64,000 nt of DNA from Candidatus Undinarchaeota archaeon (GTDB taxonomy: Archaea > SpSt-1190 > JASMDC01). Position numbers and translations under genes: made by a program. Location: positions 43,155 through 107,154 of the forward strand of contig CAZFHY010000015.1 of NCBI GenBank assembly GCA_964519305.1. Reading direction: 5' to 3'. Below are positions 9,961 through 20,413 of this stretch, piece by piece. Under the pieces are notes generated by a model. It was not told the DNA's origin, searched no databases, and saw only the letters and a program-made list of their open reading frames with translations. Each line of letters opens with the position of its first letter. The first letter of the stretch is position 1.

Positions 9961-12900
9961 TCACCCCTCACGTCCATCGACGGCAACGGTGCGCCGGCGA
10001 GTCCTACGCGCTAGGAACAGGCCTGCCAGGGCCAGCAGGAGCGCGATGTCCACTGCGCCAACGCCGGGGGCCGTCGCCATGAAAGCACTACCGCTGGCGT
10101 ACACGACCCGCACATAGAACTGCTTCTCGTTGAGCCGCTCTAGCGAGTCCGCGTCCACGACGTAGATCTCGATGAGACCTGCGGCGGTGAGCTTGTAGGG
10201 ATTGATCTCCACCGGGATGGTCTTCGACTCACCTGGGAATAGGGTGAACGCCTCCTCATCGAAGGTGGACCACATCTCCTCCTTGTGGAGCTTGAGCACT
10301 AGGTTCATCGGCTGTGTCCAGTAATTGGTGACGTGAGCGCCGAGCAGGAACGTCTCGCCCACGAAGGTCGACATTGTGTTCTCGACGATATCGGCCTTAC
10401 CGGACATCTTGCGTACCTCGAGCTTGACGAACTTCTCGAAGGAGAACACTGTCTGGTAATGGGCGTCGGTGTAGAGCATGCAGATGCCCGTCTCGGGCGC
10501 AGGGGTACCCTCGTACTCGCACTGGTCCGGAGCCGCCTCCTGGGTGCAGAAGTGGCACATGGGCAGAGTGGCGGTGATGGTCATCACCGGTCGCGGCTCG
10601 TTGGTGACCAGACCTGAGACGTCGCACAGGAACACACCGGAGCCCTGGTGCGTGCAGGTCTTCTCGATGTTCTTGTAGGATAGGGTGGCCTGGCACATGT
10701 CGCACCGCTCCGGCGCGCCACCGTGCTGCTGGAGATAGGAGGACGTTATCACGTGGAACGCGATCTTGACGTCCTTCTTGCCACCGGGCAGCGTCTGCTT
10801 GCGGACCTTGATGTCCTTGACCGAGATGGCGGGGATGGGGCCGTCCCTGGGGTGGCACAGCTCGCGTTCGTAGCCGAGCGTCGATGAGAGCATCTGGCAC
10901 CCGGTCTTGGCACAGGTGTAGTAGCCGCCGTCGATGAGGTCGATCTGACCCTCGGTCTCGTTGAACAGGGCCTTCTCGTGGTAGTAGCAGTTGAGGGTGG
11001 TGACGTTCACGGTGCCCGGGTACGGGCAGTTGCCCTTGAACACGTCGTCGGACCAGTCGAACCCGTCGTAGGCGTCGTCCCCGTCGTCCTTACAGATGTC
11101 CCAGTACTTCTTCTCGTCCTTGTCGAAGGCATAGTAGCATGTATGTGTGGCGTTGTCCAGGCACCAGCCCTCCGTGGCGACATCGATGCTGATGGGCTTT
11201 TCGTCCTTCAGCTCATTGTTGAGGCGGAAGCGCGTGTTGTCGGCGGAGTTCGCCTTATCCAGCTCGAGCCAGGTACATCGCTGACGGTGACTGGCTTCCT
11301 GCGGTTCCACTGGAGCCTGGTGGCAGCCATTGGAGTCGCAGTCAACGGCCTTGGACCAGTCGGCGCCGGTCTCCGGGTCCTTCTCGGACCAGAAGTAGCA
11401 TGTGATCTGGTAGTTCTGCTTTCCGTAGATCTCGTTGTAGCTGTGACCCACGATCTCCGTGTCCCCGGCACCGTCGCAGTCCCTGAATTCCTGACTGTCC
11501 ACACCGAAGAAGTCGTTGTAGTTCGCCGAATCGACACCATTGTAGAGCTTATTGTCCACCTGGCTCGTCTTGTTGACACCCTTCTCGCAGTAGTGGCAGT
11601 AATCACGGCTGTCCGAGTAGTAGTAGAAGTTGTCGTTGTCGCCGTCGTCACCACAGCACGGCGCCTCGGCATTGGCCCCAGCTTCGTCGTGGAGGCCGCC
11701 GTCGCCAAGGTCAGGGTGGTCATTTGGCTCGAACCAAGCGTGCTTGTTGTACTTGTCCACGTCATAGCTGCGGGCACGCCAGGATAGGCAGTGGCAGGCA
11801 TTGGCGCTGACATCGCCGCCCTTGTTACCGCCTGTTTCGGCCGAATCGTAGCAGGTACCGTTGGACACGCAGTCAGTCTCTCTCGGGCAGCAGGAGAGGT
11901 AGTAGTTGTACGTCTTACCGCTGCTGAAGTGGGGTGCGTCCGATGCTTGCCATGAGCGCACACCTATGTTGTCGCCCGGTACGCGGTGGAGCGAGCCGCC
12001 GCCCGTACCTTCCGAGCGGAGGGACCACTCGCTGGCATCATCGCCGCAGCAGGTGTCCTTCGAATCCGAGCCGCCGTTGTTCACGGAGGTGCCGTACTTG
12101 ACGTCCCACCAGACGCCCTGGTCCTTGTTCTGGGAACCGGTGGTCGTGTCAGAGAAGCACCGGGTGTCGCAGTACCGCCAGGCGATGGACGCGTCGTCGC
12201 CGCTGCTCTGGCCGGCCACGTCCCGGTTCTTGTCGTTGAGGTTGTCGAAGTCGACGTAGTACATCTGTGAGTATGCTTTCTCGTTGGAGTTGGGAAGTCC
12301 CGTTGGATCGTTGCTCGTTGGCGTGTCGTCGAAGTACCGGTTAGTATTGCTCTTGCCTGAGTAGCTGGTGCCGCCCATGGCACGGTTCTCGCCGTAGTAC
12401 TGCCACAACATCTTGTACTGGTAGCTACCTTCCAGGGTGCACATCTCGAGCGGGTCGGTCGTGCGGGTGATCGGGTCGTGGTTGGTCGCTGTGGTCGTGA
12501 CGGTAGTCACCGATATCTTATTGTCCGTAGAGCCGTCGTTGAGCGGGTAGGTGAAGGTGTAGCTGCACGTCTCCTTGCCGTACTGGGTTGTGTCGATGCG
12601 CCAGGTCGTGGGTCCATTGCCGTCGTTGACGCAGGTCATGGCCACGTTATTGCGGTATTCGGTCCCGTCGGGTTTCTTGAACCCGTAGGTCCCGTCCATG
12701 TCGTAGCCGCAGTAGTAGTGGCTCTGGCACGTACCGGAGCGGCAGCCCTTGCGGTCACCGGTCTTTTCGTCGTCGCAGGAGTTCGGGCAGTTAGCGACCT
12801 TGCTGGCCGCGACCCCATTTGCGTCATTGTCACAGCAGTAGGTGACATAGTTGGCCACACCAGGCACGCGATAATCGAACTTGACGTAGCCGTAATACCA

Positions 12901-15900
12901 ACCGCTGACGGTGCAGGTCGTGTACTTCTTCGTGCACTGTGCGTAGCACCAGTCACCGCTGGCCTGTGAGTAGAAGTCGCAAGTTAAGGTGTCCATGCCC
13001 TTGTCGTACCAGCAGGTGGACTTCTTGTTCGCGTACGCATTGCTGCACGTGAGGTCGCCGCAGCTCATGACCGAAGGCTCGCCGGCGTCATCGCCCTTGA
13101 GCACCTGTTTGTCCTGGTCCCATAAGTAGACGTAGGGTTTGACCGAGGCGATGTTCACCCACTGGCCGTCGCGGCAGAACTCCTTGTCCCCGTCACTGTC
13201 GATGTCCACGAGGCGCTCACGCACGTAGCACTTGTCATTGAACACACAGTCCGTGGCAGCAGGGCAGCAGGCAAGGTCGTCTGTGGACACATCGCACACG
13301 CTCTTGGAGCCTCCTGTCACGAGCTCCTCGAGCGTCTCGCACTTACGGGCCCACTCGTTGGCATCGTCGCCGCAGCACGTACTGGCGCTCGCAGAGCCGT
13401 CGTTGTTCTGGGCGAGAGCGTACCAGCTGCCGTCATTGTACTTGGTCTTCGTGCCTCCGCCCAGGTTCCACGCCACGCCCGAGTCGCGTGCGCCGGTCGT
13501 GGTGTCATCGAAGCACGTGGTCGTGCAGTAGCGGTCGGGATCGGCGGTCGCGGTGTCGTAGGTGCCGGGATCGCCCGGTGGTGCCTTGTTGACGCTGCCG
13601 ATGTTGTCGAAGTTGACCTTGTAGATGGCCGTCCAAGCGAACTCCTCAACACTCGTCTTCGAGCCCTTACCGTCGCACTCACCGTTGAAGAAGAACTTGG
13701 ACTTCGCTTCGTACTTGCCCTCGCGCTTGCAGTTATCACGCTTGAGGTCCGTCCAGTCCATCTTGCAGCTTTCGGACGCCATCTCCTTGTTATCGGTACC
13801 CTTGCACGTGGACTTGGGACAGTTCAACACCTTCCAACCACCGGTGAGGTCGGTGCCCGAGTCAGTGTGACGAATCTTGTAGTACCCTGGTGCGCACCAG
13901 TAAGCGTTGATAGGCCCGTGCCACTCCGGGGTCACGAGAGGTAGGTCGTCGCAGGTCTTCCCATTGAAGATGAACTCCGACTTCACAGTGTACTGCCCCG
14001 CGGTCTTGCACACGTCATAGTCCCACGTGGGGCAGCTATTGGCAGTGATCTTCATGATCCTGTTCCCGCTCGCATCCTCCTGGCAGAACTCGTTCGCACC
14101 CTTGCCGGGGCAGTCGAGGATCCCGGAGTTGGCCTCCTCACTACCGCCACCGTGGTACATGCGGTGGCGGACCTGGACCGGCGGCTTGGACGCAAAGCAC
14201 TTGAAGATCTTGTTGTTCTTGAACGTCTCTGTCGTGGTGTGGAAGCTCTTCTGGTTACAGTTCTTGCCGTTGTATGTGAAGTCGATCTGTGCCCGGTACC
14301 ATCCGTCCTCGGTGCACGCGTCGGTGAACTGGGGACTCTCGCAGGTTTCCACACGTTGTTCACCGCTGCAGGAGGTAAGGCAGCTCGAGGTCTTGTCGAA
14401 CACGACCTTGTTGCTTGGCGAGTAGATACGGTAACGGACATCGTCCCGACGCAGCTTCCATACACCGTCCACACACCATTCATTGTATCCGTCACTGTCG
14501 GCGTCTAGGTCATAGCCGTTATCGAAGCAGTTCCCTCTTGTGACACAATCGTACCGGGCCTTGCAGCAGGCCTTGTTGTCCCAGCTGCAGGCGTTGGTAG
14601 TAGCGCTCTTCTCATCATCGCTCGTCTCGCACGTGCGGTACCACTCGCTTCCGTCATCACCGCAGCATGAGGACGCAGCGGTCTCTCCGCCGATGTTCCA
14701 GGCGATCCCGCTGTCATGGGCACCGGTGGTCTTGTCGGCGAAACAGGTGAGCGAGCAGAAGATTCCGCTGTGACCGTCCCAGTTCACGTTGTATTTGACC
14801 TCATCGATGTCCTGGGTCGTCGCTTCCAGCGCGGTACCGTCCCAGTTCTTGCCAGAGTAGGCCATCCGGCTCACGAAGTGCACATCGCCCTCGTAATCAC
14901 AGCGTTTGTTCATGCTGCTATGGGTGATGTAGGGGCTGGGATCCCATGTGTACGAGCACGGGACCACGAACGATTTGTGAGTTGGATCGTGGGAGAACTG
15001 GTCCGTGATGTCGGTACAGGACATGTCCTTCCAGTTGAGGAGCGTTGTCCCGCCGACGTAGATCTTGATCTTGGCGGTCGTGTCGAGAGCGCATGAGAAC
15101 ACCTGCATCTTGCTGTCCTCGACCCAGCTCTCAGTGTTCGGTAGGGTATTCCCGTTGACGCATGAATTGCCTTTATGTGAGACCTTGGCCCGGACCGTGT
15201 AGAAACCACCGCGCTGCGAGCAGATAGCCTTCTCTGGGACGGAGTACGTCTCACAGTCCGACATGTAGGTGCCGCCGTCGCACGACGTGTCGCACTTCTT
15301 CTTGGGGCTTGTGTGAGCGACGCTCCCATCGGGATGGTAGACGTAGTAGTACACCTCGTCATCGATGTCACAGAAGTAGAGATTGGTCTTGCTAAGAGCT
15401 GATTTCACGTTCGACGTGGGCATGTTCTGACATTCAGGCCGGTTGTGCAGGATGTCCACCTCGGCCTGGTACCAGCCGGGGATCTTGCACTCGTTGTAGT
15501 CCATCGTACACTCGTGGTACGTCTGCGCTTCATTGCCCGTGCCCGAGGGGCAGCTGGTCGAACAGATGACGTCGTAGGAGGCGATCTGGCCGACGGTGTA
15601 GTGGAAGATGCGGTACTTGGCCTTCTCGGGCAGGTCCTGCCATACGCCGTCGACGCACTTCTCCTCGGCGTTGTCGCCATCGATGTCACCGACGTAGTTA
15701 TCGTTGTAGCAGTTACCATAGGCCACGCAGTCGTACCGGGCGCTGCAGCACGCATTGTTGTCCCCCTTGCAGGCGTTCTTGACAAGCTCGTCGGTCTCGC
15801 ACTTACGGTACCATTCGTTGTTGTCATCACCACAGCAGGTCGTCGCCGCGGTCTCCCCGCCGATGTTCCAGGCGACGCCGAAATCATGAGCACCGGTGGT

Positions 15901-18177
15901 CTTGTCAGGGAAACAGGTCGGTGCTTTGCAGTATATTCCGGAGTGACCGTCCCAGTTGATGTTATAAGGCGTTATATCAAGGTCCTGTGAGGCGTCCTCG
16001 AGGGCGGTCCCGTCCCAGTTCTTGCCTGCATAGTGGACGCGGACCTTGATTTTGTGGTCACCCTCGCGGTTGCACTGGTGCTTGTTCCCGCTGACGGTGA
16101 CAGTATGGTCTGGATTGGGCGTCCATCCTGAATAGGTGCACGCGGTGACCTCGCTGTTATCGGTGGGATCGTGCGAGAACTGGTCCGCTGGACAGTCGAG
16201 GTACACGCCGTTGACGTAGTAATGGCCACCGACCCAGTACCACACCTGCATGGTGGTATCCAGACCACAGGAGAACACCTTCTTTTTACTGTCATCGGTC
16301 CAGCTGGTGGTGTGGTGGAGGGCGTTACCATCGGTCACGCACGAGCTGCCCCGGTGGGTCACCTTGGCACGGACGGTGTAGAACCCGCCGCGCTGGTTAC
16401 AGAGAGCGGCCTCGTCGATCGCGTAGGCCTCGCAGTTGGACATGTACGTGCCGCCGTCGCAGGAGATTGCGCAGGCCTTCTCGGCGCTGGTATGTGCGGT
16501 TGCCCCGTTGGGATGGTAGACGTAGTAGGTAACCTTGTCGCCGATGTCCTCCCACACACCGCTCACGCATTTCTCCTGATCGTTATCGCTGTCGCTGTCA
16601 CCGACCCAGCCGTGGGCAAAGCACTTATTGTGGGCGACGCAGTCGGTCTGGTGGGAGCAGCAGGCACTGTTGTCGCCATCACATGATTTAGGGTTCTTGC
16701 TCTCGTCGGTCTCGCACTTGCGATACCATTCACCACTGTCGTCGCCACAGCAAGACGATGCGGCCTTTTCCCCGCCGATGTTCCAGGCGACACCGAAGTC
16801 GTGGTTGCCGGTGGTCTTGTCGCTGAAGCACGTGGGCGCCTTACAGTACACACCGCTCTCTCCGTCCCAGTTGACGTTGAACTTCTTCTCGGTCACCGTC
16901 TCTTTTAGATGCGATCCTCCGTGGAGGTTGCTGCCGTCCCAGTTCTTGCCCGAGTAGGTGAACTCCACCTTTGTGTAGTAGTCGCCCTCGATGCGGCAGT
17001 AACGTTTCTGGCTGCTCACGGTCACGAACTCACCCGCGGGAGGCGTGTAGCCGGCGTAGGTGCAAGAGTGGAGCCCGGCATCGTTCGTACCGGGAGTGGT
17101 GGAGATGGGTTGTGGGCAGTCCATCGCCTGCGCGTTGACGAAATAGGTGCCCCCCACATAGTACCAGATCTTGGCCGATGCGTGGAGCGAGCATGAGAAC
17201 GATTTGAAGTTAGTATTGTCCACCCAGCTGTCCTTGATGTGGAGCGCACCGCCGGTCACACAGGAGTTGCCCTTGTGGTCCACATGCACGTTCACGGTGT
17301 AGTAGCCGGCCTCGCTGTTGCACAAAGTCGCCTGGTCCACCGAGGTGGAGGGACAGTCGGAGATGTAGGTCCCGCTGGAGCATGAGACAGGGCATATGAT
17401 GTCCTTCTTCCATACATAGTTGCTGCTGGACGTCGAGGGAGAGGTTACACCCGGCTTATAGACGTAGACAGTGGCCGTGTCCTCGATGTCACAGGTGTAG
17501 AGGTCGTGCTTGCTGATGGTGCTCGTACCGCCGCCACTGGTCTTACCGTCACACTCTGTGTGGCCGTGGGTGACGTAGGTCTTGGCCTTGTAGACGCCAT
17601 CGATCTTACAATTTGAAGCCTTCGGATAATCATAGGAGCACTCGCAGGTGTACTGACAGTCCTGGCTCGTGCACGCGCAGGAACAGTCACATTCCTTGTT
17701 GCCTATCGTATCGATGACGGTGTTGCCGCTGTTGATCGAGGAGTGAAAGATCTCCGCTCTGGCGATATCGCCGACAGTGTACAGGTTGAACGAGCTGGAT
17801 CCTGACGTCCCGCCACCGGAGCTCTTGCCGTCGCATTCGGCGGTCCCATAGTTGAAGGTGGCCTTCGCCGTGAGCAGGCCAGGGCTGGTGCGTTTCGTAT
17901 AATCGACTGTGCACTCGCAGTACCGCTGTGCATTGGCCCCTGTACCACCAGGACAGGAGCACGTGCATGCGCCTGTGTTCACAGTGTCGATATGGTTGCC
18001 CTGCCAGTCGTAGATCTTGATCTGGGCGGTGTCCGATACGGCCGGCTGGACCGCTAGGAGCACGAGAACGCCTGCGAGGAGCAGGAGGGCGGCGATGGAG
18101 GCAGCGGCGCGCGTAGAGCGAGAACTAACTCTAAAAAAGCCTCCTCGATCTATGGATGACTGAATAGGATGAACCAA
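9961..18177 (-). CDS. giant cysteine-rich repetitive cell-surface protein with C-terminal membrane anchor
   Basis: 2738-aa ORF; N-terminal signal peptide; repeated CCGDD..EW modules; C-terminal APG + hydrophobic helix + RRTRRR. Confidence 0.85.
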   Translation of the reverse strand: MVHPIQSSIDRGGFFRVSSRSTRAAASIAALLLLAGVLVLLAVQPAVSDTAQIKIYDWQGNHIDTVNTGACTCSCPGGTGANAQRYCECTVDYTKRTSPGLLTAKATFNYGTAECDGKSSGGGTSGSSSFNLYTVGDIARAEIFHSSINSGNTVIDTIGNKECDCSCACTSQDCQYTCECSYDYPKASNCKIDGVYKAKTYVTHGHTECDGKTSGGGTSTISKHDLYTCDIEDTATVYVYKPGVTSPSTSSSNYVWKKDIICPVSCSSGTYISDCPSTSVDQATLCNSEAGYYTVNVHVDHKGNSCVTGGALHIKDSWVDNTNFKSFSCSLHASAKIWYYVGGTYFVNAQAMDCPQPISTTPGTNDAGLHSCTYAGYTPPAGEFVTVSSQKRYCRIEGDYYTKVEFTYSGKNWDGSNLHGGSHLKETVTEKKFNVNWDGESGVYCKAPTCFSDKTTGNHDFGVAWNIGGEKAASSCCGDDSGEWYRKCETDESKNPKSCDGDNSACCSHQTDCVAHNKCFAHGWVGDSDSDNDQEKCVSGVWEDIGDKVTYYVYHPNGATAHTSAEKACAISCDGGTYMSNCEAYAIDEAALCNQRGGFYTVRAKVTHRGSSCVTDGNALHHTTSWTDDSKKKVFSCGLDTTMQVWYWVGGHYYVNGVYLDCPADQFSHDPTDNSEVTACTYSGWTPNPDHTVTVSGNKHQCNREGDHKIKVRVHYAGKNWDGTALEDASQDLDITPYNINWDGHSGIYCKAPTCFPDKTTGAHDFGVAWNIGGETAATTCCGDDNNEWYRKCETDELVKNACKGDNNACCSARYDCVAYGNCYNDNYVGDIDGDNAEEKCVDGVWQDLPEKAKYRIFHYTVGQIASYDVICSTSCPSGTGNEAQTYHECTMDYNECKIPGWYQAEVDILHNRPECQNMPTSNVKSALSKTNLYFCDIDDEVYYYVYHPDGSVAHTSPKKKCDTSCDGGTYMSDCETYSVPEKAICSQRGGFYTVRAKVSHKGNSCVNGNTLPNTESWVEDSKMQVFSCALDTTAKIKIYVGGTTLLNWKDMSCTDITDQFSHDPTHKSFVVPCSYTWDPSPYITHSSMNKRCDYEGDVHFVSRMAYSGKNWDGTALEATTQDIDEVKYNVNWDGHSGIFCSLTCFADKTTGAHDSGIAWNIGGETAASSCCGDDGSEWYRTCETSDDEKSATTNACSWDNKACCKARYDCVTRGNCFDNGYDLDADSDGYNEWCVDGVWKLRRDDVRYRIYSPSNKVVFDKTSSCLTSCSGEQRVETCESPQFTDACTEDGWYRAQIDFTYNGKNCNQKSFHTTTETFKNNKIFKCFASKPPVQVRHRMYHGGGSEEANSGILDCPGKGANEFCQEDASGNRIMKITANSCPTWDYDVCKTAGQYTVKSEFIFNGKTCDDLPLVTPEWHGPINAYWCAPGYYKIRHTDSGTDLTGGWKVLNCPKSTCKGTDNKEMASESCKMDWTDLKRDNCKREGKYEAKSKFFFNGECDGKGSKTSVEEFAWTAIYKVNFDNIGSVNKAPPGDPGTYDTATADPDRYCTTTCFDDTTTGARDSGVAWNLGGGTKTKYNDGSWYALAQNNDGSASASTCCGDDANEWARKCETLEELVTGGSKSVCDVSTDDLACCPAATDCVFNDKCYVRERLVDIDSDGDKEFCRDGQWVNIASVKPYVYLWDQDKQVLKGDDAGEPSVMSCGDLTCSNAYANKKSTCWYDKGMDTLTCDFYSQASGDWCYAQCTKKYTTCTVSGWYYGYVKFDYRVPGVANYVTYCCDNDANGVAASKVANCPNSCDDEKTGDRKGCRSGTCQSHYYCGYDMDGTYGFKKPDGTEYRNNVAMTCVNDGNGPTTWRIDTTQYGKETCSYTFTYPLNDGSTDNKISVTTVTTTATNHDPITRTTDPLEMCTLEGSYQYKMLWQYYGENRAMGGTSYSGKSNTNRYFDDTPTSNDPTGLPNSNEKAYSQMYYVDFDNLNDKNRDVAGQSSGDDASIAWRYCDTRCFSDTTTGSQNKDQGVWWDVKYGTSVNNGGSDSKDTCCGDDASEWSLRSEGTGGGSLHRVPGDNIGVRSWQASDAPHFSSGKTYNYYLSCCPRETDCVSNGTCYDSAETGGNKGGDVSANACHCLSWRARSYDVDKYNKHAWFEPNDHPDLGDGGLHDEAGANAEAPCCGDDGDNDNFYYYSDSRDYCHYCEKGVNKTSQVDNKLYNGVDSANYNDFFGVDSQEFRDCDGAGDTEIVGHSYNEIYGKQNYQITCYFWSEKDPETGADWSKAVDCDSNGCHQAPVEPQEASHRQRCTWLELDKANSADNTRFRLNNELKDEKPISIDVATEGWCLDNATHTCYYAFDKDEKKYWDICKDDGDDAYDGFDWSDDVFKGNCPYPGTVNVTTLNCYYHEKALFNETEGQIDLIDGGYYTCAKTGCQMLSSTLGYERELCHPRDGPIPAISVKDIKVRKQTLPGGKKDVKIAFHVITSSYLQQHGGAPERCDMCQATLSYKNIEKTCTHQGSGVFLCDVSGLVTNEPRPVMTITATLPMCHFCTQEAAPDQCEYEGTPAPETGICMLYTDAHYQTVFSFEKFVKLEVRKMSGKADIVENTMSTFVGETFLLGAHVTNYWTQPMNLVLKLHKEEMWSTFDEEAFTLFPGESKTIPVEINPYKLTAAGLIEIYVVDADSLERLNEKQFYVRVVYASGSAFMATAPGVGAVDIALLLALAGLFLARRTRRRTVAVDGREG
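11850..16880 (-). repeat. five diverged intragenic copies of a Cys-rich module
   Basis: V(N/D)(W/F)D...CF.D.TTG....G(V/I)(A/W)W...CCGDD..EW...CC....DCV at about 16550-16880, 15630-15965, 14450-14795, 13150-13625 and 11850-12260. Confidence 0.85.
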
Positions 18178-18309
18178 GTCATCTCCCTTCCAATGCCTCT
18201 TCTTTCCTGTAGTTCCTCACTCTAGGACGCCTGTTATGACCACCTCCGATGGTAAATAACAGATACTACGAACTATAGTATACTAGTCCGCGATGCGATA
18301 TAAACCTTT

Positions 18310-19215
18310 TTACCCGGGTACGATGCGCACGGTGAGCGCCTTACCGTCGGCGATGACATCCATGCGCTTGAAGGAGGAAACACCAGAGCTGGGGAGAGCT
18401 ATACGGAGCAGGTATGTCCCGGGGGATATGCACGTCCCGGGTTCGAAGGTCAGCCTACCATCGATATCGGTAGATACCGTCTCCTTCGCCAGGGGCTCCG
18501 CGTCCAGCCGCGGGAGGATCGAGAGCTCGACATCGGTGTTCGCAAGCCGCAGTGCTGGTGCCTCGGTGAATCCCTCCACGAAGTACGTACCGTGCAGCGT
18601 GGCGGATAGCACGATGCTTGTGCAGCACACATCCTCGTGCTCCTCGTCATCATCGGTGTCGACCCAGGCACCGTTGTCCGCACCCATGCACCCCGTCTTG
18701 CACGAACCACCCACACAGCGGAAGGACGGGGCGCAGTCCGAGCCCGTCCGGCACGTGCGCCGGCATTCCCCGGCATCGCACCCGAACGGTGAACAGTCCT
18801 GGACGGCCACCGCTGCACCGGCACGGCACCGCGAGCCATCATCATCGTTGGCACAGGAGTATCCTACAGCATAGCGCTCATAACCGTGACAGAGCGTATA
18901 GTCCAGGGAGCGGCAGTCCACCCACGTACCCGCACATGTGTTCGCCTGTGCGATTAGCTCGTACAACCATGGACCCATGCACATGTCATGATAATCGTAC
19001 CGGATGCAGAAATCCTGATAGCTGCCTTGATGGTCGGTGCAGTATCCGCTCTGGAGGAGGTCGAACCCATCGGAGTCCTCGCTGTCCGTGCGGCACTGAC
19101 CTGCGCCTTCCTCGAAGGCGGCGAAGGCGTTCCCTCCCGAGAACAGCTCGCTGCTCGGTGCACCGAGGGCCAGGCACAGGAGGGCTACCGCCGCGACCGG
19201 GTACATTCGCGGCAT
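18310..19215 (-). CDS. secreted cysteine-rich protein
   Basis: Signal peptide MPRMYPVAAVALLCLALGA; C.DSEDSDG motif, many Cys, beta-rich C-terminus; TTTATA box about 30 nt upstream. Confidence 0.65.
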   Translation of the reverse strand: MPRMYPVAAVALLCLALGAPSSELFSGGNAFAAFEEGAGQCRTDSEDSDGFDLLQSGYCTDHQGSYQDFCIRYDYHDMCMGPWLYELIAQANTCAGTWVDCRSLDYTLCHGYERYAVGYSCANDDDGSRCRAGAAVAVQDCSPFGCDAGECRRTCRTGSDCAPSFRCVGGSCKTGCMGADNGAWVDTDDDEEHEDVCCTSIVLSATLHGTYFVEGFTEAPALRLANTDVELSILPRLDAEPLAKETVSTDIDGRLTFEPGTCISPGTYLLRIALPSSGVSSFKRMDVIADGKALTVRIVPG

Positions 19216-19268
19216 GATACTATGTACGTAGCGCTCGTGGGATATAAACCTGCCCCGTGGACGGGGTC

Positions 19269-19850
19269 TCAATCATCCGGTTCGGACACATCGAGGTAGA
19301 CGTAGAAAGTGCGCGTCTGGAATGCTTCCGTCTTTCCGAGCGCCGTCCAGTTCACGTCCGCATATAGCCGTTCCAGGTGAAACTGGAAGGTCATCTGTAC
19401 GTCGTCCAGGGCATCGTCGCTGCCCTTCTCCTTTACGATGATCACCCGGGAGGAGTTGAGAGGGATCTCCAGGTGGGCTTTCACCACGGTGTCCTCCACG
19501 TCGTACGTCGATGTGAGGTGCACCGGGTAACGATAGTTGGTCCCATCGGCCTTCCAGTCCGAGACGTATCGCACCTGACCCTCCCAGTCCACAGCAGCGG
19601 TCTTCAGGGATGCCTGGAAGAGGATGTCAAGGGCCCGCATGTTACGCTCGCGATCGAAGTCATCGGATAGCGTGTCCACCGTGTCCACGGCCGAGAGGAG
19701 GTTCTCGAACTCGTTGAGCTGACCCAGGGAGATATCGCTCATAGGTACATGCCGCTGGGTAATGTACATACCGATCATATGAAGGGACATGATCACCAGC
19801 ACGCTCGAGACGATGAAGAACTGGCCTCTACGGCTTGTGGTGAGCATCAT
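19269..19850 (-). CDS. pilin-like protein with class III signal peptide
   Basis: RRGQ|FFIVSSVLVIMSL; W....NYRYPV and FYVYL segments reminiscent of DUF2341-like domains. Confidence 0.7.
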   Translation of the reverse strand: MMLTTSRRGQFFIVSSVLVIMSLHMIGMYITQRHVPMSDISLGQLNEFENLLSAVDTVDTLSDDFDRERNMRALDILFQASLKTAAVDWEGQVRYVSDWKADGTNYRYPVHLTSTYDVEDTVVKAHLEIPLNSSRVIIVKEKGSDDALDDVQMTFQFHLERLYADVNWTALGKTEAFQTRTFYVYLDVSEPDD

Positions 19851-20413
19851 CAGTGTCGACCCCTCAAATGAAGCGCATCGGTAGAGAAATCCGCATAGAA
19901 ATTAAAGCCGTTCCTTTCGATCGGGAAGGTCCGGACGTGGTGTGTGGATGAGTTTAGCGTAATGGTCATGCTGTCAGAGGGGATCCCGTAATCCAGGAGT
20001 GTGATGTTCCCGCTGTTCAGGACCGTGCGTAGCTGATCGAAGGAGGGTGTCTCGACGAGGATGTGGAACCGGGTCGATGAAGGGTCCCGCAGGACCTGGA
20101 CGGGTGCGTGGATGGCACCCGTGATCTTTCCCCAGCTCTGGACTGTGCCCTTGACCCTGAGGCATTCGTTCGCGGGCATGCTCGCCTCGAAGGACTGCCA
20201 CGACTCAACCTTGATGTGTACAAGCTGGTTCGGTTTCACAGGGATTACCCACTCAGATGGATCGCCCAGGGAGTACCACGAGAGCTCTTCTCCGGTGTCC
20301 AGATAGGTGACATTGACGTACTTGAGCTTGTAGAATCCCTGGTTCGCACCGCCGCCGCTGTTGAGAAGGAGCAGCAGCGCCGCCAGGACCACGAGAACGA
20401 GGACGAATCTCAC
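19850..20413 (-). CDS. secreted/membrane-anchored hypothetical protein
   Basis: N-terminal hydrophobic helix; start and stop overlap both neighbours. Confidence 0.7.
   Translation of the reverse strand: MRFVLVLVVLAALLLLLNSGGGANQGFYKLKYVNVTYLDTGEELSWYSLGDPSEWVIPVKPNQLVHIKVESWQSFEASMPANECLRVKGTVQSWGKITGAIHAPVQVLRDPSSTRFHILVETPSFDQLRTVLNSGNITLLDYGIPSDSMTITLNSSTHHVRTFPIERNGFNFYADFSTDALHLRGRH

Noticed and set aside
11850-16880. Repeats in the giant ORF as a diversity-generating retroelement or CRISPR array
   Set aside because: Copies are long, in frame and diverge without evident adenine-specific bias; no reverse transcriptase, cas gene or repeat-spacer periodicity in the window
18270-18290. Overlapping short palindromes (ACTATAGT, TAGTATACTA) upstream of the giant gene
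   Set aside because: Short and AT-rich; indistinguishable from ordinary promoter sequence without a second instance
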